Source: a virus (taxonomy: Duplodnaviria; Caudoviricetes). Taken from it: a stretch of 64,000 nt of DNA. A model generated the notes under the pieces. The model did not search any database. It saw nothing but the letters and a program-made list of their open reading frames with translations, and was not told where the DNA came from. Shown piece by piece: positions 25,347 through 36,312 of this stretch. Location: positions 32,001 through 96,000 of IMG/VR virus record IMGVR_UViG_3300009185_000001, one strand, 5' to 3'. Every line of letters starts with the position of its first letter. Position 1 is the first letter of the stretch. The position numbers and the translations under genes are program-made.

Positions 25347-26153
25347 TTACTTACCATCCGATGGTCTCCAAGTGTCTTTTGGTTGTTCATTTGTAATTAA
25401 TTCTTTAAATTTATGTGTTATATATTTGCAAAGTTCTGAACGAACAATATCTTCTTCGGTTAATTCCATGCAAAAAATTCCATGTTCTTTAGATTCTTCA
25501 TTATTGAAAAGATTATAAATTTTATCAAATCCTGATTTTCCAATTGGCAAATCGCTTTGTTCTGGATCACCACATAAAAAAACCTTTGAAAATTCTCCAA
25601 TTCTACTCATAAGAGTATGTATTTCTCGTTTAGAAAAGTTTTGAACTTCATCTGCACATACAAATTTTGCCGAAAAATGAAGTCCTCTTGCAAAATTTAT
25701 AGGACATATTGTTAGTCTATTATCCTTTTCTAGCTTATCTATCAAGGATTTATTCAATAATTCTTGAAATTTATCGTGAAAAGGAGTCAAATAAACATTA
25801 AATTTCTCCGCAATATCACCCGGTAGAAACCCCAACTTAGAATCCGATGATTCGACCGCTGATCTGACTAAAACCATATCAGAAACTCTTCTCATATTTA
25901 AAAGAGTAAGACCGCAATACATTCCCAAGGTAGTTTTACTCGTTCCTGCTGGACCCTTCAACAATAATACCTTTGTTTTTTTGTCTAAAAACGTTTTTAT
26001 TATTTCCTTTTGTCTATTCGTCCACGGTAATTCCTTAACTGTTAAGTCGAATTTTATTTTATCACGTTGAAAAACATATGGAGAGGTGTCTTCGGAAGAT
26101 GTTTCAATTTTACTTTCCAAAGGCTTCGCTTTTGATCGAGGTTTATTACGCAT
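25347..26153 (-). CDS. phoH: PhoH-family ATPase
   Basis: GPAGTSKT, KLGFLPG, FARGLHF, DEVQN, RIGEFSK, GDPEQSD, IVRS. Confidence 0.92.
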   Translation of the reverse strand: MRNKPRSKAKPLESKIETSSEDTSPYVFQRDKIKFDLTVKELPWTNRQKEIIKTFLDKKTKVLLLKGPAGTSKTTLGMYCGLTLLNMRRVSDMVLVRSAVESSDSKLGFLPGDIAEKFNVYLTPFHDKFQELLNKSLIDKLEKDNRLTICPINFARGLHFSAKFVCADEVQNFSKREIHTLMSRIGEFSKVFLCGDPEQSDLPIGKSGFDKIYNLFNNEESKEHGIFCMELTEEDIVRSELCKYITHKFKELITNEQPKDTWRPSDGK

Positions 26154-26165
26154 CAGTAATAATTA

Positions 26166-26606
26166 CTAAGCACTCGGCTGATTTAAAGGGTTGTATTGTT
26201 TTCCGTTTGGTTGTTGTGATGTTTGTTGTGTAGTTTTTGTTCCCGATTGTTGATATGTAGTTGGATTTTCTCCTTGTTTTGCCTCTTGTTTTTCAACTGG
26301 TGTTTCAGTTGGTTTCAATTTATCAGCAACCGATAGAAAAGTTTCTAATTCTTTTGGAGATAGATTTGGATTTTCTGGATTGTTTTTTAGTTTTTCAAAA
26401 GCACTGTGTAAAGGATCATCTGCTGTACCGCTTGGTGTATCAAATAATTTAGAAGCAAGTGCCTTTGCGTTTGGGTTTGAATTTGCTTTTCCACTACTTG
26501 TAATAGCATTTCTAATATCTTCTACTGCTTTGTTAATAAGAGGATTTTGATTATCTTCTAACAATTGTTCACTAGCTTTATTTATAATTTTGTCAAAATT
26601 TTTCAT
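26166..26606 (-). CDS. Hypothetical protein
   Basis: 146 aa, Gln/Pro-rich tail. Confidence 0.55.
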   Translation of the reverse strand: MKNFDKIINKASEQLLEDNQNPLINKAVEDIRNAITSSGKANSNPNAKALASKLFDTPSGTADDPLHSAFEKLKNNPENPNLSPKELETFLSVADKLKPTETPVEKQEAKQGENPTTYQQSGTKTTQQTSQQPNGKQYNPLNQPSA

Positions 26607-26697
26607 TCTATATATAATTATACTGTATATTAAAATTTTCTTAATAAAAAAAAATAATTAAATGGATATTAATGAAAGGTAAATAGTATTATAAATT

Positions 26698-29097
26698 ATG
26701 TCAACAAGAACCATAGCATCTCCCGGTGTACAAATTAACGAAGTAGATCTTAGCCTTATTGCAAGACCAATTGGAGCAACAAATACCTTTATTACAGGGT
26801 TTGCCAGCCAAGGACCAACTGATGAGATTATCAATGTTGGAAGCATTTCCGAATATGAAGAAGTTTTCGGAACTCCAACAAATGCAGCTGAAAGATATCT
26901 TTACCATTCTGCTCGTCAACTTTTAACACAATCTCCTACCAATCTTTTGGTGACGAGAATGCCATATGGATCTGGTGCAGGAGCAGGGTTTTCCAATCAA
27001 TATACTGCTTTAGTATATCCTCTTGAAGGAAAAACTACAACTAAAGTAGCTGCATTAAGTACATTTAATGGAAGTACTGCATTGAGTTCTGACGGATCTA
27101 ATTCATATCCTGTATATTTGGGATATGATAATGAAATTTCACATTCAACTTATTGGTCTAGTCCCACAGCAGTAAGTGCTGTTTATGAAAATACAATGGT
27201 AAGCGTTATTACCGGATATACTATATCAACTACCAACATTTCCTATACAGATTCTACATCATATAATGTATTGTCTCCTAAATCTATTTTGCTTTCTGAT
27301 AATCAATATTTGGATATCGTTGAAAATAATATTACTTGGGGAAATTCTTATAGTGCTGTTAATATAAAAAGTTTTAAAGATCTTCAAAACTATGGCGGTA
27401 TTGTTGTTATTGATTCTGCAAAAACTTCTGTCAATAATCTTTATGAAGGTTATTACATTGCTGTTGCTGATAATTCCAATCACAACCCTGCAACTGACTT
27501 TACTTCTATAACAAGTGTAAAAGCAGGTAATACAATTATTAATGGAAATTATCAAACATTTGTAACAGTTCCAAGCTCAAGATTAAACTTTACTCTGACT
27601 CAATCATTTTCATCCGCAGGAAATAGTATTTCTCAAACAGTTGAACAGTTCCCAAGAGGAATTGATTTTGGAACTAGCTATTATAACGATTGCTTAACTC
27701 TTATGGTGTTTAAGCTTCGTACCTCTATATATGCTCAGGACACGGTTGTTATCGACGCAATTGTATCAGAGGGCTATACTGGTTCATTATATAGCAAACG
27801 CACACAAAATGATAGAAATGGTGGTCCTGCTGTTACTTTCTTCTTGGAAGATATAGCAAATAAAGCATCAAATACCATTAAGGTTGTAATAAATCCTTAT
27901 ATTTCAAATACTGGAGATTGGGTTAATGATGATGGTTTACCAGCCAAGACAGTAAGAACTGCTAATGAAACTAAAAGTCTTTTCTCACAGGGCGTTTATA
28001 TTTCAGATACAAATGCAGTTGCGGGTGATGTTGGAAATGTTCCAGCAAAACTTCAAAGAATTTTAAATAATATCGACAATCTTGATATTGATTTAGACGT
28101 AACTGTCGAAGCTGGATTAGGAACCATTTGGACAGGTGCTAAAGCAAGAAAAACTGCTTTATATGGAACTTCTACTGTGAATGCTCCGTATATCTATGAC
28201 GAAACCTATAATGTTTCTACAACAGTACTTAAAGATCAGACTAATAATCCGGTTGGAGGAATAGGTGCGGATTATAAAGATATTTCAAATCAATTCATAG
28301 CATTTGCTGATAATACTAGAAAGGATCATGTTTTTATTGCAGATCCTCTTAAATATATCTTCATTCAAGGAGCGGATTCTAAAGTATCTAGAAATGCTAA
28401 TTATGTTTTCTCTAGTGATACCTACTGGCCATTAAAAAATCTTTATGCTGGAAACGTTTCAAGCTATGCAGCGGTTTACGGAAACTGGATTAAAACAAAT
28501 GATACCGCTTCTAACAAGCAAGTTTGGATTCCTTCTTCTGGTTATGTTGCCGCAGTGTTTGCGACATCTTCACAAATAGCATATCCTTGGTCTGCTCCTG
28601 CTGGTTTTAATCGCGGTGTTCTAACGAATATTACTGATGTTGGAATCAATCCTACACAAAAACAACGTGATTTACTTGCGAGAATAAATGTCAATCCAAT
28701 TGCATTCTTTCCCGGAGATGGATTTGTAATATTTGGTCAGAAAACATTGTTTACAAAACCTTCCGCATTTGATCGAATCAACGTAAGAAGACTCTTCTTA
28801 TCACTCGAAAAAACAACAGAAAGCTTATTAAAATTCTATGTATTCGAGCCTAACACATTCACAACCAGATCTCGTTTGGTCAATGGTTTAGCTCCTGTAT
28901 TCAATCAGGCTAAAAACAATGATGGTTTATATGACTATAGAATCGTTTGCGATGAGCGTAACAATACTCCTGATGTAATTGATAACAATGAACTCAGACT
29001 TTCTATATACATTCAACCAGTCAGAACTGCTGAATTTATTTTAGCTGATTTCATTGCAACCAGAACAGGCATCGATTTTAACGAGCTTATTAGATGA
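26698..29097 (+). CDS. gp18: Tail sheath protein
   Basis: SPGVQINEVDLS, FGTPT, PWSAPAGFNRG, INPIAFFPG, GQKTL, FDRINVRRL, FEPN, CDERNNT. Confidence 0.95.
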   Translation: MSTRTIASPGVQINEVDLSLIARPIGATNTFITGFASQGPTDEIINVGSISEYEEVFGTPTNAAERYLYHSARQLLTQSPTNLLVTRMPYGSGAGAGFSNQYTALVYPLEGKTTTKVAALSTFNGSTALSSDGSNSYPVYLGYDNEISHSTYWSSPTAVSAVYENTMVSVITGYTISTTNISYTDSTSYNVLSPKSILLSDNQYLDIVENNITWGNSYSAVNIKSFKDLQNYGGIVVIDSAKTSVNNLYEGYYIAVADNSNHNPATDFTSITSVKAGNTIINGNYQTFVTVPSSRLNFTLTQSFSSAGNSISQTVEQFPRGIDFGTSYYNDCLTLMVFKLRTSIYAQDTVVIDAIVSEGYTGSLYSKRTQNDRNGGPAVTFFLEDIANKASNTIKVVINPYISNTGDWVNDDGLPAKTVRTANETKSLFSQGVYISDTNAVAGDVGNVPAKLQRILNNIDNLDIDLDVTVEAGLGTIWTGAKARKTALYGTSTVNAPYIYDETYNVSTTVLKDQTNNPVGGIGADYKDISNQFIAFADNTRKDHVFIADPLKYIFIQGADSKVSRNANYVFSSDTYWPLKNLYAGNVSSYAAVYGNWIKTNDTASNKQVWIPSSGYVAAVFATSSQIAYPWSAPAGFNRGVLTNITDVGINPTQKQRDLLARINVNPIAFFPGDGFVIFGQKTLFTKPSAFDRINVRRLFLSLEKTTESLLKFYVFEPNTFTTRSRLVNGLAPVFNQAKNNDGLYDYRIVCDERNNTPDVIDNNELRLSIYIQPVRTAEFILADFIATRTGIDFNELIR

Positions 29098-29118
29098 TCT
29101 AAAAGATAAATATATTAT

Positions 29119-29685
29119 ATGGCAAACCTATTTCAAAACCAAGATATCAATAGCTTCTTTCAGAATGCTATCAACAAAGATTTCGCAAGAACAAATCTTT
29201 TTCGAGTTCTTTACATATCATCTGGAGCAACAAACATTGTTTTTGATCAGCAAGACTTAGTATATATTACTACAACAAGTCTTCCTAAACGTGCGATTAA
29301 AAACATTCAAGTTCCTTTTATGGGTCTTCAATTCAATGTTCCCGGAACCGCTAGCTATCCTTCAAGTGATTCTTGGAATGTAACCTTTAGAATGCCACAG
29401 GACGTATCCATTCGTTCTAAACTTGAACTCTGGACTCGCGGGACATTCGATGATGCAACAAGTACTGGTTCTTATAACGTAAAAGACTTAGGAAATATTG
29501 GTCTTGCACTTATGGGCAAGGGCGGTCAAGTCATAAGAATTTATAATTTAATCGGTGCTTATTGTGTAAACATTGGTGATTATAATCTTGATGTAACTGC
29601 TGGTGGTGAAATTGTTACTACACAGGCAACAATTGCATATCAGTACTGGGTTCAGCCAGAATCATCTCCGCTTCTTACTAGATAA
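29119..29685 (+). CDS. gp19: Tail tube protein
   Basis: ARTNLFRV, SLP, VPFMG, PG...WNVTF; follows the sheath gene. Confidence 0.85.
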   Translation: MANLFQNQDINSFFQNAINKDFARTNLFRVLYISSGATNIVFDQQDLVYITTTSLPKRAIKNIQVPFMGLQFNVPGTASYPSSDSWNVTFRMPQDVSIRSKLELWTRGTFDDATSTGSYNVKDLGNIGLALMGKGGQVIRIYNLIGAYCVNIGDYNLDVTAGGEIVTTQATIAYQYWVQPESSPLLTR

Positions 29686-29722
29686 CTAGATCAAATGATT
29701 CTAAGCATATAAGTATTCTTAT

Positions 29723-30418
29723 ATGACTAGCCCATATCGTTATTATTTAGACGTAATAAGTCAATGGCCAACCGCTATTGTCAGTGAAAGTCAATGGTTT
29801 ACATGGTTTGATTTGCCGTCTGTTGGTGCTTTAAAGGCTGACTTGGCAACTACCGTGAGGAATGTTGATTCTGGAGCGGATAATACATGGGATATACCAA
29901 AGGGTATTGTAGATAATTTAATAAAAAGTGAATATCAATTAGCTACAGAAAACTTAATTGGCTGTGTTTTTGCCAGACAAGTAACCCTTCCCGGTGAATC
30001 TATAACGGCAGGAAATGATGGATTGGATTATTCCGGATATCAAGCACCTGCAATTACTAGTGGTAGACAAAGTTATAAAAAATTACAAATATATTTTGTA
30101 GAAACCAATAGTTCTTTTATTGATTTAGTAATTCGTCCTTGGATTATTTTGGTTGGTTATTATGGATTTATAGCAAGAAGCAATCCAACAAACAATCCTA
30201 GAAGTGTTAAGTGTAATTCTTTAGATGTTGTATATTTAGGAAAAACCGGAGCATATTCACCATCTATAAAAAGAAAAATAGTAAGGTTTTATGGAATTGC
30301 TCCTGTTTCAGTAAATGGATTATCAAATACATATGCAAGTGATGGTATGCAATTCACATCTGTAGATTTTACATACGATTCTTATAGCGTATTAGCACCT
30401 GATTATATAATTGAGTGA
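29723..30418 (+). CDS. Tail tube-like baseplate/tube initiator (gp54-like)
   Basis: Tube-fold pattern (VTLPG...F.E...PW...P.S.....F.Y); position. Confidence 0.5.
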   Translation: MTSPYRYYLDVISQWPTAIVSESQWFTWFDLPSVGALKADLATTVRNVDSGADNTWDIPKGIVDNLIKSEYQLATENLIGCVFARQVTLPGESITAGNDGLDYSGYQAPAITSGRQSYKKLQIYFVETNSSFIDLVIRPWIILVGYYGFIARSNPTNNPRSVKCNSLDVVYLGKTGAYSPSIKRKIVRFYGIAPVSVNGLSNTYASDGMQFTSVDFTYDSYSVLAPDYIIE

Positions 30419-30453
30419 GTAGATAATAAGCATATCTACAATAAGATATAATA

Positions 30454-31419
30454 GTGGAATACTTTTTATACTCATCGGATCTGCCATTTTCTGGAATACA
30501 ACTTTCCTATAGGGAAATAAATTCTAAAGAACAATTAATATTAGCAAAGACTAATATCCTTTTTCCTATGAGTGAGGAAAATTCTTTAGATTATGCAAGA
30601 ATATGTAAAAATATAATATCTAATTGCGTAGAAAACAAAGAAGAATTTTATAAATTAAATCTTTTGGATTATATTTTGTTTTTAACAAAATTAAGAATAA
30701 TAAGCATCGGTCCTGAATTGAATTTACAGATGAAATCTGACGAGGATTCTACAGAAAATACAATAAAAATTTCTATAGATTTGAATGTTTTTATGAAAAA
30801 TTTGTATCAAGCTGCTACAGAAGCTATGAGCAATAATTTTATAGAATCCAATGGCATAAAAATTATTTTAAATTGGCCTAGTATTAAATCTGAAAGAAAT
30901 TTATTAAATAAAAATGATAAAACTGAATTGGAACATATTCTATCAACTATACCGGAATATATAAAAACAATTATAATAAATGATAATACAATTGATTTAT
31001 TAGACTTTAACACTGAAGAAAAGATAGAAATTTACGAAAAACTACCAATTTCTTTAAGAACACAGGTGCAAATGGCAGTTATTGAATGTATAAAAAAATT
31101 ATCAGAAAAAAATATGTTTGATATTCCTATGATGGAATTTTTAAAATTTAGTTTTTACAATAAAACACATCAAGAAATTATTAGATTGTTATTTTCTAAT
31201 GATTTAAGAAATATATATCAAGAATACTATGTTTTAGCGTCAAAAAAGATAAATCCGGAATATGTAGATAAATTATCAATACCAGAGCGAAGAGTTTTTT
31301 GTTCTTTCATAGAAGAAGAAATAAAAGCTAGAGAAGAAAATAATAAAACAGGTGATGAAATGCCAATATCAGACGGTCAGACCGGATTGCAGGATTTAAT
31401 AGATGAATTTGAGGGATAG
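30454..31419 (+). CDS. Baseplate hub assembly protein (gp26/gp51-like)
   Basis: YREINSKEQ, LNLLDYILFLTKLRIISIG (gp26-like); C-terminal YVDKLSIPER (gp51-like); GTG start. Confidence 0.55.
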   Translation: MEYFLYSSDLPFSGIQLSYREINSKEQLILAKTNILFPMSEENSLDYARICKNIISNCVENKEEFYKLNLLDYILFLTKLRIISIGPELNLQMKSDEDSTENTIKISIDLNVFMKNLYQAATEAMSNNFIESNGIKIILNWPSIKSERNLLNKNDKTELEHILSTIPEYIKTIIINDNTIDLLDFNTEEKIEIYEKLPISLRTQVQMAVIECIKKLSEKNMFDIPMMEFLKFSFYNKTHQEIIRLLFSNDLRNIYQEYYVLASKKINPEYVDKLSIPERRVFCSFIEEEIKAREENNKTGDEMPISDGQTGLQDLIDEFEG

Positions 31420-31435
31420 GTAGGTAATTACTAAT

Positions 31436-32248
31436 ATGTCCGAAGAAAATAATAACATTTTAAATTTTAATGAAGCATTAAACCTATTAGACAATGCTTC
31501 TAAAGAATCGTTTTTAACCGAAGCCTATATTCCATCGTTAAAAAGAACCGTTAAAATAAAAGAAATTAATGCCAAACAACAGAAAACTATAATAGAATCT
31601 GCAATTGATTCTGCAATGGCCAAATCTACTTTTTCTAAGGTTTTTTATGATATTGTTTGTTCTAATTGCTTAGAAGAAAAGTCTGTAATAGAAACATTTA
31701 CTACAGTAGATAAGGCATCTATCGCATTTTCGATGCGATCACAAATTTCTGATAGTATTAAAGTAATTTTTCAAGAAGAACCTAAGATTGAAAACACTAT
31801 TATTTTAAATGATATTATTAGTAAATTTTTTAATTATACACATCCGAGTGAAAGTCTTATAAATTTTTCTAAAAATGGAGTTAATATAGATGTAAAAATT
31901 GATATTCCATTATTTTCTGAAGAAGCAAAGTTTGATAGTATTATCTACGGAAAAGAAAAGGTAGGAAATCAGGTAGAAGAAATTAAAAGCATTATTACAG
32001 GAGCCTTTTTAGGAGAAACTGCAAAGTATATTAAAGAAATTAACATGAATGGTGCTGATTTTAATTATAAAAAACTACAAACAACTCAAAAGGTACAATT
32101 TGTGGAGAAACTACCAGCTTCTTTAGTTCAAAATATTTTAGAAAAAATTGTAGAATGGAAAGCAGAAATTGATACTATCTGTACAGTTTCTCATGAAAAT
32201 ACAAATAAATTGATAGAAGTTAATAGTTTATTGTTTTTGACCAATTAG
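31436..32248 (+). CDS. Second baseplate hub assembly paralog (gp26-like)
   Basis: YIPSLKRTVKIKEINAKQQK...VDKASIAFSMR; precedes tape-measure-like gene. Confidence 0.5.
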   Translation: MSEENNNILNFNEALNLLDNASKESFLTEAYIPSLKRTVKIKEINAKQQKTIIESAIDSAMAKSTFSKVFYDIVCSNCLEEKSVIETFTTVDKASIAFSMRSQISDSIKVIFQEEPKIENTIILNDIISKFFNYTHPSESLINFSKNGVNIDVKIDIPLFSEEAKFDSIIYGKEKVGNQVEEIKSIITGAFLGETAKYIKEINMNGADFNYKKLQTTQKVQFVEKLPASLVQNILEKIVEWKAEIDTICTVSHENTNKLIEVNSLLFLTN

Positions 32249-32296
32249 TATTCAATCTGCCTTTTAAATAAATGTCATATAGATTAAGTATTATAT

Positions 32297-34543
32297 ATGA
32301 CAGTAGAAGAATTTGATCAATATCTAAAGAATCAAGGAATTGAATCCGTTGATTCCAAAGAACTTTTACGAACAATTTTAGGAGTAAAAATCTTTAATAT
32401 TGAAGAAACTAATGAAAAAATTTCTCAATTGAGAGAAAGTATTTTGGATTCTGCTACTAAAACTGCTTCCAAAATAAAAAATAATGTAGAAAATATTGAT
32501 CAGAAGAAGGCTGTTAGTGATTTATTGGGAATTCCTGTTGAGAAAGTAGACTCCACCCCACTTAATATCTTAAGAAAAGATCTATTATCAAAGGTATTTG
32601 AAAATTTTAATCAAATAAAAAATGAATTAACCGCTAATAAAGAATCTGTTAAAAGTAATATAACAGATCCTTTTGGAATGTCAGATAATTCTGATTTTAG
32701 AAAAGAATATAGGAATAAATTAGCAGAAACTTGGGAAAATATAAAGAAAAATATAAGTGGTTCTTCTGAAAATGTATTCAGCAAGGTTTTTTCTACTGAA
32801 ACTCCTTTCACATCAAACCCAAATGGCCCAAGTGGTAGTAATGATCCATTAGATCAGCTAATAGAAAACTTGACCAAATTAACTTCGAAAAAACCTTCTT
32901 CTAAACCCCCAATTCCACCTGAAAATAATAATTTACTTGCTATAATTATTAATAAACTTGATGAAATTATTAAAAATAAACTTAATACACCTACTAAAAA
33001 AAGTCAAACACAAGAACTTTATGAAGTTGGTCCTAAAAAATTTAGACTCGATGAAGATTCTATAATAAGAATTACAAAGGGATTGAATCTTTCTAGCGAA
33101 CAACAGGAAAAACTTTTATCCGCATTATTAGCTGAAACAAGGGAAACCAGAGGAGAATTTGGAAAACTTAGTAGTTTTCTCACACAAAAAGGAAATGGTC
33201 TTGTAGATATACTATTCGACTTGGCTACTTTAACGGCAACAGGTGTTCTAGGACTTCTTTTTGGAAAGGGAATACTAAAGCTTGCTGATAGTATTTTTGG
33301 AACTGATTTGGTTGGACTTTTTGAATCAGTAACAGATCCATTAAAAAAATTTGGTGGTTATATCTTAGATGGAATGAAAGCTCTTATTTCATTTTCTGTT
33401 GTTCTAATGAATATAACGAATGGAGCAACAAATATTTTAACAAAAGGACTTAAAAATGTACTTAATGGTCTTACGGAAGCTGGTAAAAGTATTAGATCCG
33501 TTCCCAAATTTGTTAGTAGTTCATTTTCAAAAATGACTAGTGGATTATTTGGTGCAGGAAAACTTGCTGGAGCAGTGGGAACAACTGCTGTAGCAGCCTC
33601 CGAGACTGCTACAGGAGCAACAAAAGCTCTCGGAGCAGTTGGAGCAGCTGAAGGAGCTGTTGCAAGTGGAGCAACTAAACTTTTATCAAAAGCAGGACTA
33701 GGATTTCTCTTTAAAGGAGCACTGGGGGCTGTATTTAGAAAAATACCTCTTATCGGTGCTTTTATTGATGCTGGAGCAGCAATATCAAACATTATGAGTG
33801 GAGATACGATAGGAGGAACATTAAGAACTATTGGTGCTCTTGGCAATATTTTAAGCATGTTTCCTGGATTTGGTATTGTAGGATTTGGTGTTTCTTTACT
33901 TGCTGATTTTTTAGATGATGCAATGACAGAGGAAGCAGGTGGTGATGTTACGAAAAAAAATACAAATATATTTGCAACTATGTCAAAAATTATATCTGGT
34001 TGGGGGGAATCAATTTGGAAATGGATTACAAAAAAAGTAAAATCTATACTCGGATTTGCTCCTGATGAAGACGAGTCAGCGGAACCAAAACCAATGGAGC
34101 CTGAAACAAGCACAAGCAGTTCTAAAGTAGTTGAAAAGGCAAAGGAAATTTCTTCGTCAAAAACACAAACAGAATCAACAGAATCTAATGAAATTGATAA
34201 AATGTCTGCCGCAACTGGAATAAATTTTAGAGATTTAATTAAAATGAATTTGAATCCAATGTCAATTCCTTCTGCACCTCAATTAAATGTAAATGATATT
34301 GCAAAGAGTTCGCAATATTCCATATCAATGCCAGAGTCTATTGGAATTAATAATTCATCTATGCAAGGTATTATGGATATGATTTCAAATTCTATGGGGC
34401 AGATAATGCCAAGTCAACCCGTGTCGATTGCTGGCGGGGGCGGTAATGCAAATATGACTGATATGTTTATACACGGTTCTAGAGATCCTATATACGATAC
34501 GCGATCTGATTGGTGGGGAGTTTTAAATAAAAGGAAATGGTAA
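32297..34543 (+). CDS. Tape measure/hub-like protein (gp29-like)
   Basis: 748 aa; helical N-terminus, Gly/Ala-rich amphipathic centre (KIPLIGAFID); located in tail cluster. Confidence 0.6.
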   Translation: MTVEEFDQYLKNQGIESVDSKELLRTILGVKIFNIEETNEKISQLRESILDSATKTASKIKNNVENIDQKKAVSDLLGIPVEKVDSTPLNILRKDLLSKVFENFNQIKNELTANKESVKSNITDPFGMSDNSDFRKEYRNKLAETWENIKKNISGSSENVFSKVFSTETPFTSNPNGPSGSNDPLDQLIENLTKLTSKKPSSKPPIPPENNNLLAIIINKLDEIIKNKLNTPTKKSQTQELYEVGPKKFRLDEDSIIRITKGLNLSSEQQEKLLSALLAETRETRGEFGKLSSFLTQKGNGLVDILFDLATLTATGVLGLLFGKGILKLADSIFGTDLVGLFESVTDPLKKFGGYILDGMKALISFSVVLMNITNGATNILTKGLKNVLNGLTEAGKSIRSVPKFVSSSFSKMTSGLFGAGKLAGAVGTTAVAASETATGATKALGAVGAAEGAVASGATKLLSKAGLGFLFKGALGAVFRKIPLIGAFIDAGAAISNIMSGDTIGGTLRTIGALGNILSMFPGFGIVGFGVSLLADFLDDAMTEEAGGDVTKKNTNIFATMSKIISGWGESIWKWITKKVKSILGFAPDEDESAEPKPMEPETSTSSSKVVEKAKEISSSKTQTESTESNEIDKMSAATGINFRDLIKMNLNPMSIPSAPQLNVNDIAKSSQYSISMPESIGINNSSMQGIMDMISNSMGQIMPSQPVSIAGGGGNANMTDMFIHGSRDPIYDTRSDWWGVLNKRKW

Positions 34544-34549
34544 TAATAT

Positions 34550-35929
34550 ATGGCTAATAATGTAAACTTCAGTTTATTTACAGTAACAGAATCTGAAACC
34601 ACAAATTCTATTGGTTCAACATTTAAATATCCAAAAATATCCAAAACCGGAGATGGATATATAGACATAGTAAAAGATTTTTATTGGAAGAATAATGTAT
34701 CGAATAATATTGATGAAGTTCCCTCCGTTACCTTGAAGGAATATACTTTAAAATATGGAATGTGGGCAAACAATCTTGCAAGCATTATTAATCAAGCCAC
34801 CCAATTCGCATCAAGTAAAAATAATTTAGACCCCTATTCAACATTATATTTTGGAGAACCAACAGGGTTTATTTATAGACTTCCACATTTGTTAAAATCT
34901 GGATCAAGTATAAGAGGAGATATTAGCAATAGCTGGTCTGAAATAAGCAATCCGATAGGTGATATATTAGCTGCGGTTCCAGTAGTTGGAAGTTCAATTA
35001 AAAGAGCAGGAGATCTTATACAAACTCAAGCACAAAACGCAGCAAATTTTTTAACACCCGGATACGGAGCAGAAAAGGTATATAACTTTGGAAAAACAAA
35101 CTCAAAATCAATAGTAATTACATTTCCTCTTTATAATACTTATAGCGAAGAAAGTGCTATGAAGAATTTTAGTTTTGTAAATTTAATTTCAATTCAAAAT
35201 TTAAAGACTAGAACAAGTTATTTAACATATATTCCACCAAAATTATACACTGTTGATAGTGATTTATTGGGAGGCATTTATATGCCAGTGGCTAGTATTA
35301 CTAATTTAAAAATAGATAGTATAGGAACGACTAGAAAAATAAACGAATATACTGCTGATAATTCCCGAAATGGTGTTCTTATACCTGAAGCATATAGAGT
35401 AAGCATAACATTAACAGAACTATTACCAGAAAGTAGTAATATTATGATGGGTGCATTGGGTGGCGATAAGGTTCAGGTATTTAGTGAAGTAAGTCCTAAA
35501 AATATTATAAACAATGCAGTTTCCCCTAAGCCATCAGCAATTGCAACACCATCCGATATTAATATACCAAGTCCCAATTTTGACAGATTTTCTCGTACAA
35601 CTTTTCAGTCTATCCCAACATTCACAAACGGAGGAACTTCTACAACAGGGTTTCCAGCGGGAGTTGGTCCAACAATTAATGTTCCAGAAGGTGCATTAGG
35701 CCGTAACTTTCAAAATGTTCCTCAAGGAAGTACTGGTCCCTCAGTAACCCTATCCGAGCAAGCAGGTCCAAGCACAGGAAAGCCATCTCCTTCTTTAGTA
35801 TATAAACCACAACCTGCTCCTCCACCCATTACCAAAGGAGGACAGCCATTAGGACAGCAATTACCTTTAGTTCCTCTTAATGGTAATCCGCTTCCATTGG
35901 ACGTAACGCAATATCAAATTAAATTATGA
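34550..35929 (+). CDS. Baseplate tail-tube cap-like protein (gp48-like) with Pro-rich tail
   Basis: ITFPLYNT, YIPPKLY, IPEAYRVSITLTEL; position. Confidence 0.5.
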   Translation: MANNVNFSLFTVTESETTNSIGSTFKYPKISKTGDGYIDIVKDFYWKNNVSNNIDEVPSVTLKEYTLKYGMWANNLASIINQATQFASSKNNLDPYSTLYFGEPTGFIYRLPHLLKSGSSIRGDISNSWSEISNPIGDILAAVPVVGSSIKRAGDLIQTQAQNAANFLTPGYGAEKVYNFGKTNSKSIVITFPLYNTYSEESAMKNFSFVNLISIQNLKTRTSYLTYIPPKLYTVDSDLLGGIYMPVASITNLKIDSIGTTRKINEYTADNSRNGVLIPEAYRVSITLTELLPESSNIMMGALGGDKVQVFSEVSPKNIINNAVSPKPSAIATPSDINIPSPNFDRFSRTTFQSIPTFTNGGTSTTGFPAGVGPTINVPEGALGRNFQNVPQGSTGPSVTLSEQAGPSTGKPSPSLVYKPQPAPPPITKGGQPLGQQLPLVPLNGNPLPLDVTQYQIKL

Positions 35930-36282
35930 GACAAAACGATTTTACAGATTTATCAAAACTTTCAATGTATAGATATGAAACATTTTTCAATATATATACT
36001 GATAATGATGATTTTAAGTTCTATAATTTACTAAGAAATATTAATCTATTTCCCGCAAATAACTCAGAAGTAGAAGTTTCTTATAACACCAAATATAATG
36101 ATACTTGGCATTTAATATCTTATAAATATTATAATACTATGGATTTATGGTGGTTAATATGTGCTTATAATCAAATACAAAATCCGGTTAAAATGCCAGA
36201 AGTTGGAACTGAATTAAAAATTTTAAAAGCAAATTATGTTTCTACTATCATTTCGGAATTGAATAAACAAATCGGTAGGTAG
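35926..36282 (+). CDS. Baseplate wedge protein (gp53-like, LysM-related)
   Basis: DTWHLISYKYYNTMDLWWLICAYNQIQNP. Confidence 0.75.
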   Translation: MRQNDFTDLSKLSMYRYETFFNIYTDNDDFKFYNLLRNINLFPANNSEVEVSYNTKYNDTWHLISYKYYNTMDLWWLICAYNQIQNPVKMPEVGTELKILKANYVSTIISELNKQIGR

Positions 36283-36312
36283 TATTTTTTAATGTTTTTG
36301 TAAATATTCTTA

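Noticed and set aside
30454-32248. Programmed frameshift tail-chaperone pair before tape measure
   Set aside because: Each ORF has its own start and looks like a separate gp26-type paralog; the second has its own TAATTA motif; no convincing slippery site identified
33358-34113. 251 aa antisense ORF in the tape-measure-like gene
   Set aside because: Shadow ORF from Ala/Gly-rich codon bias on the sense strand; no recognisable motifs
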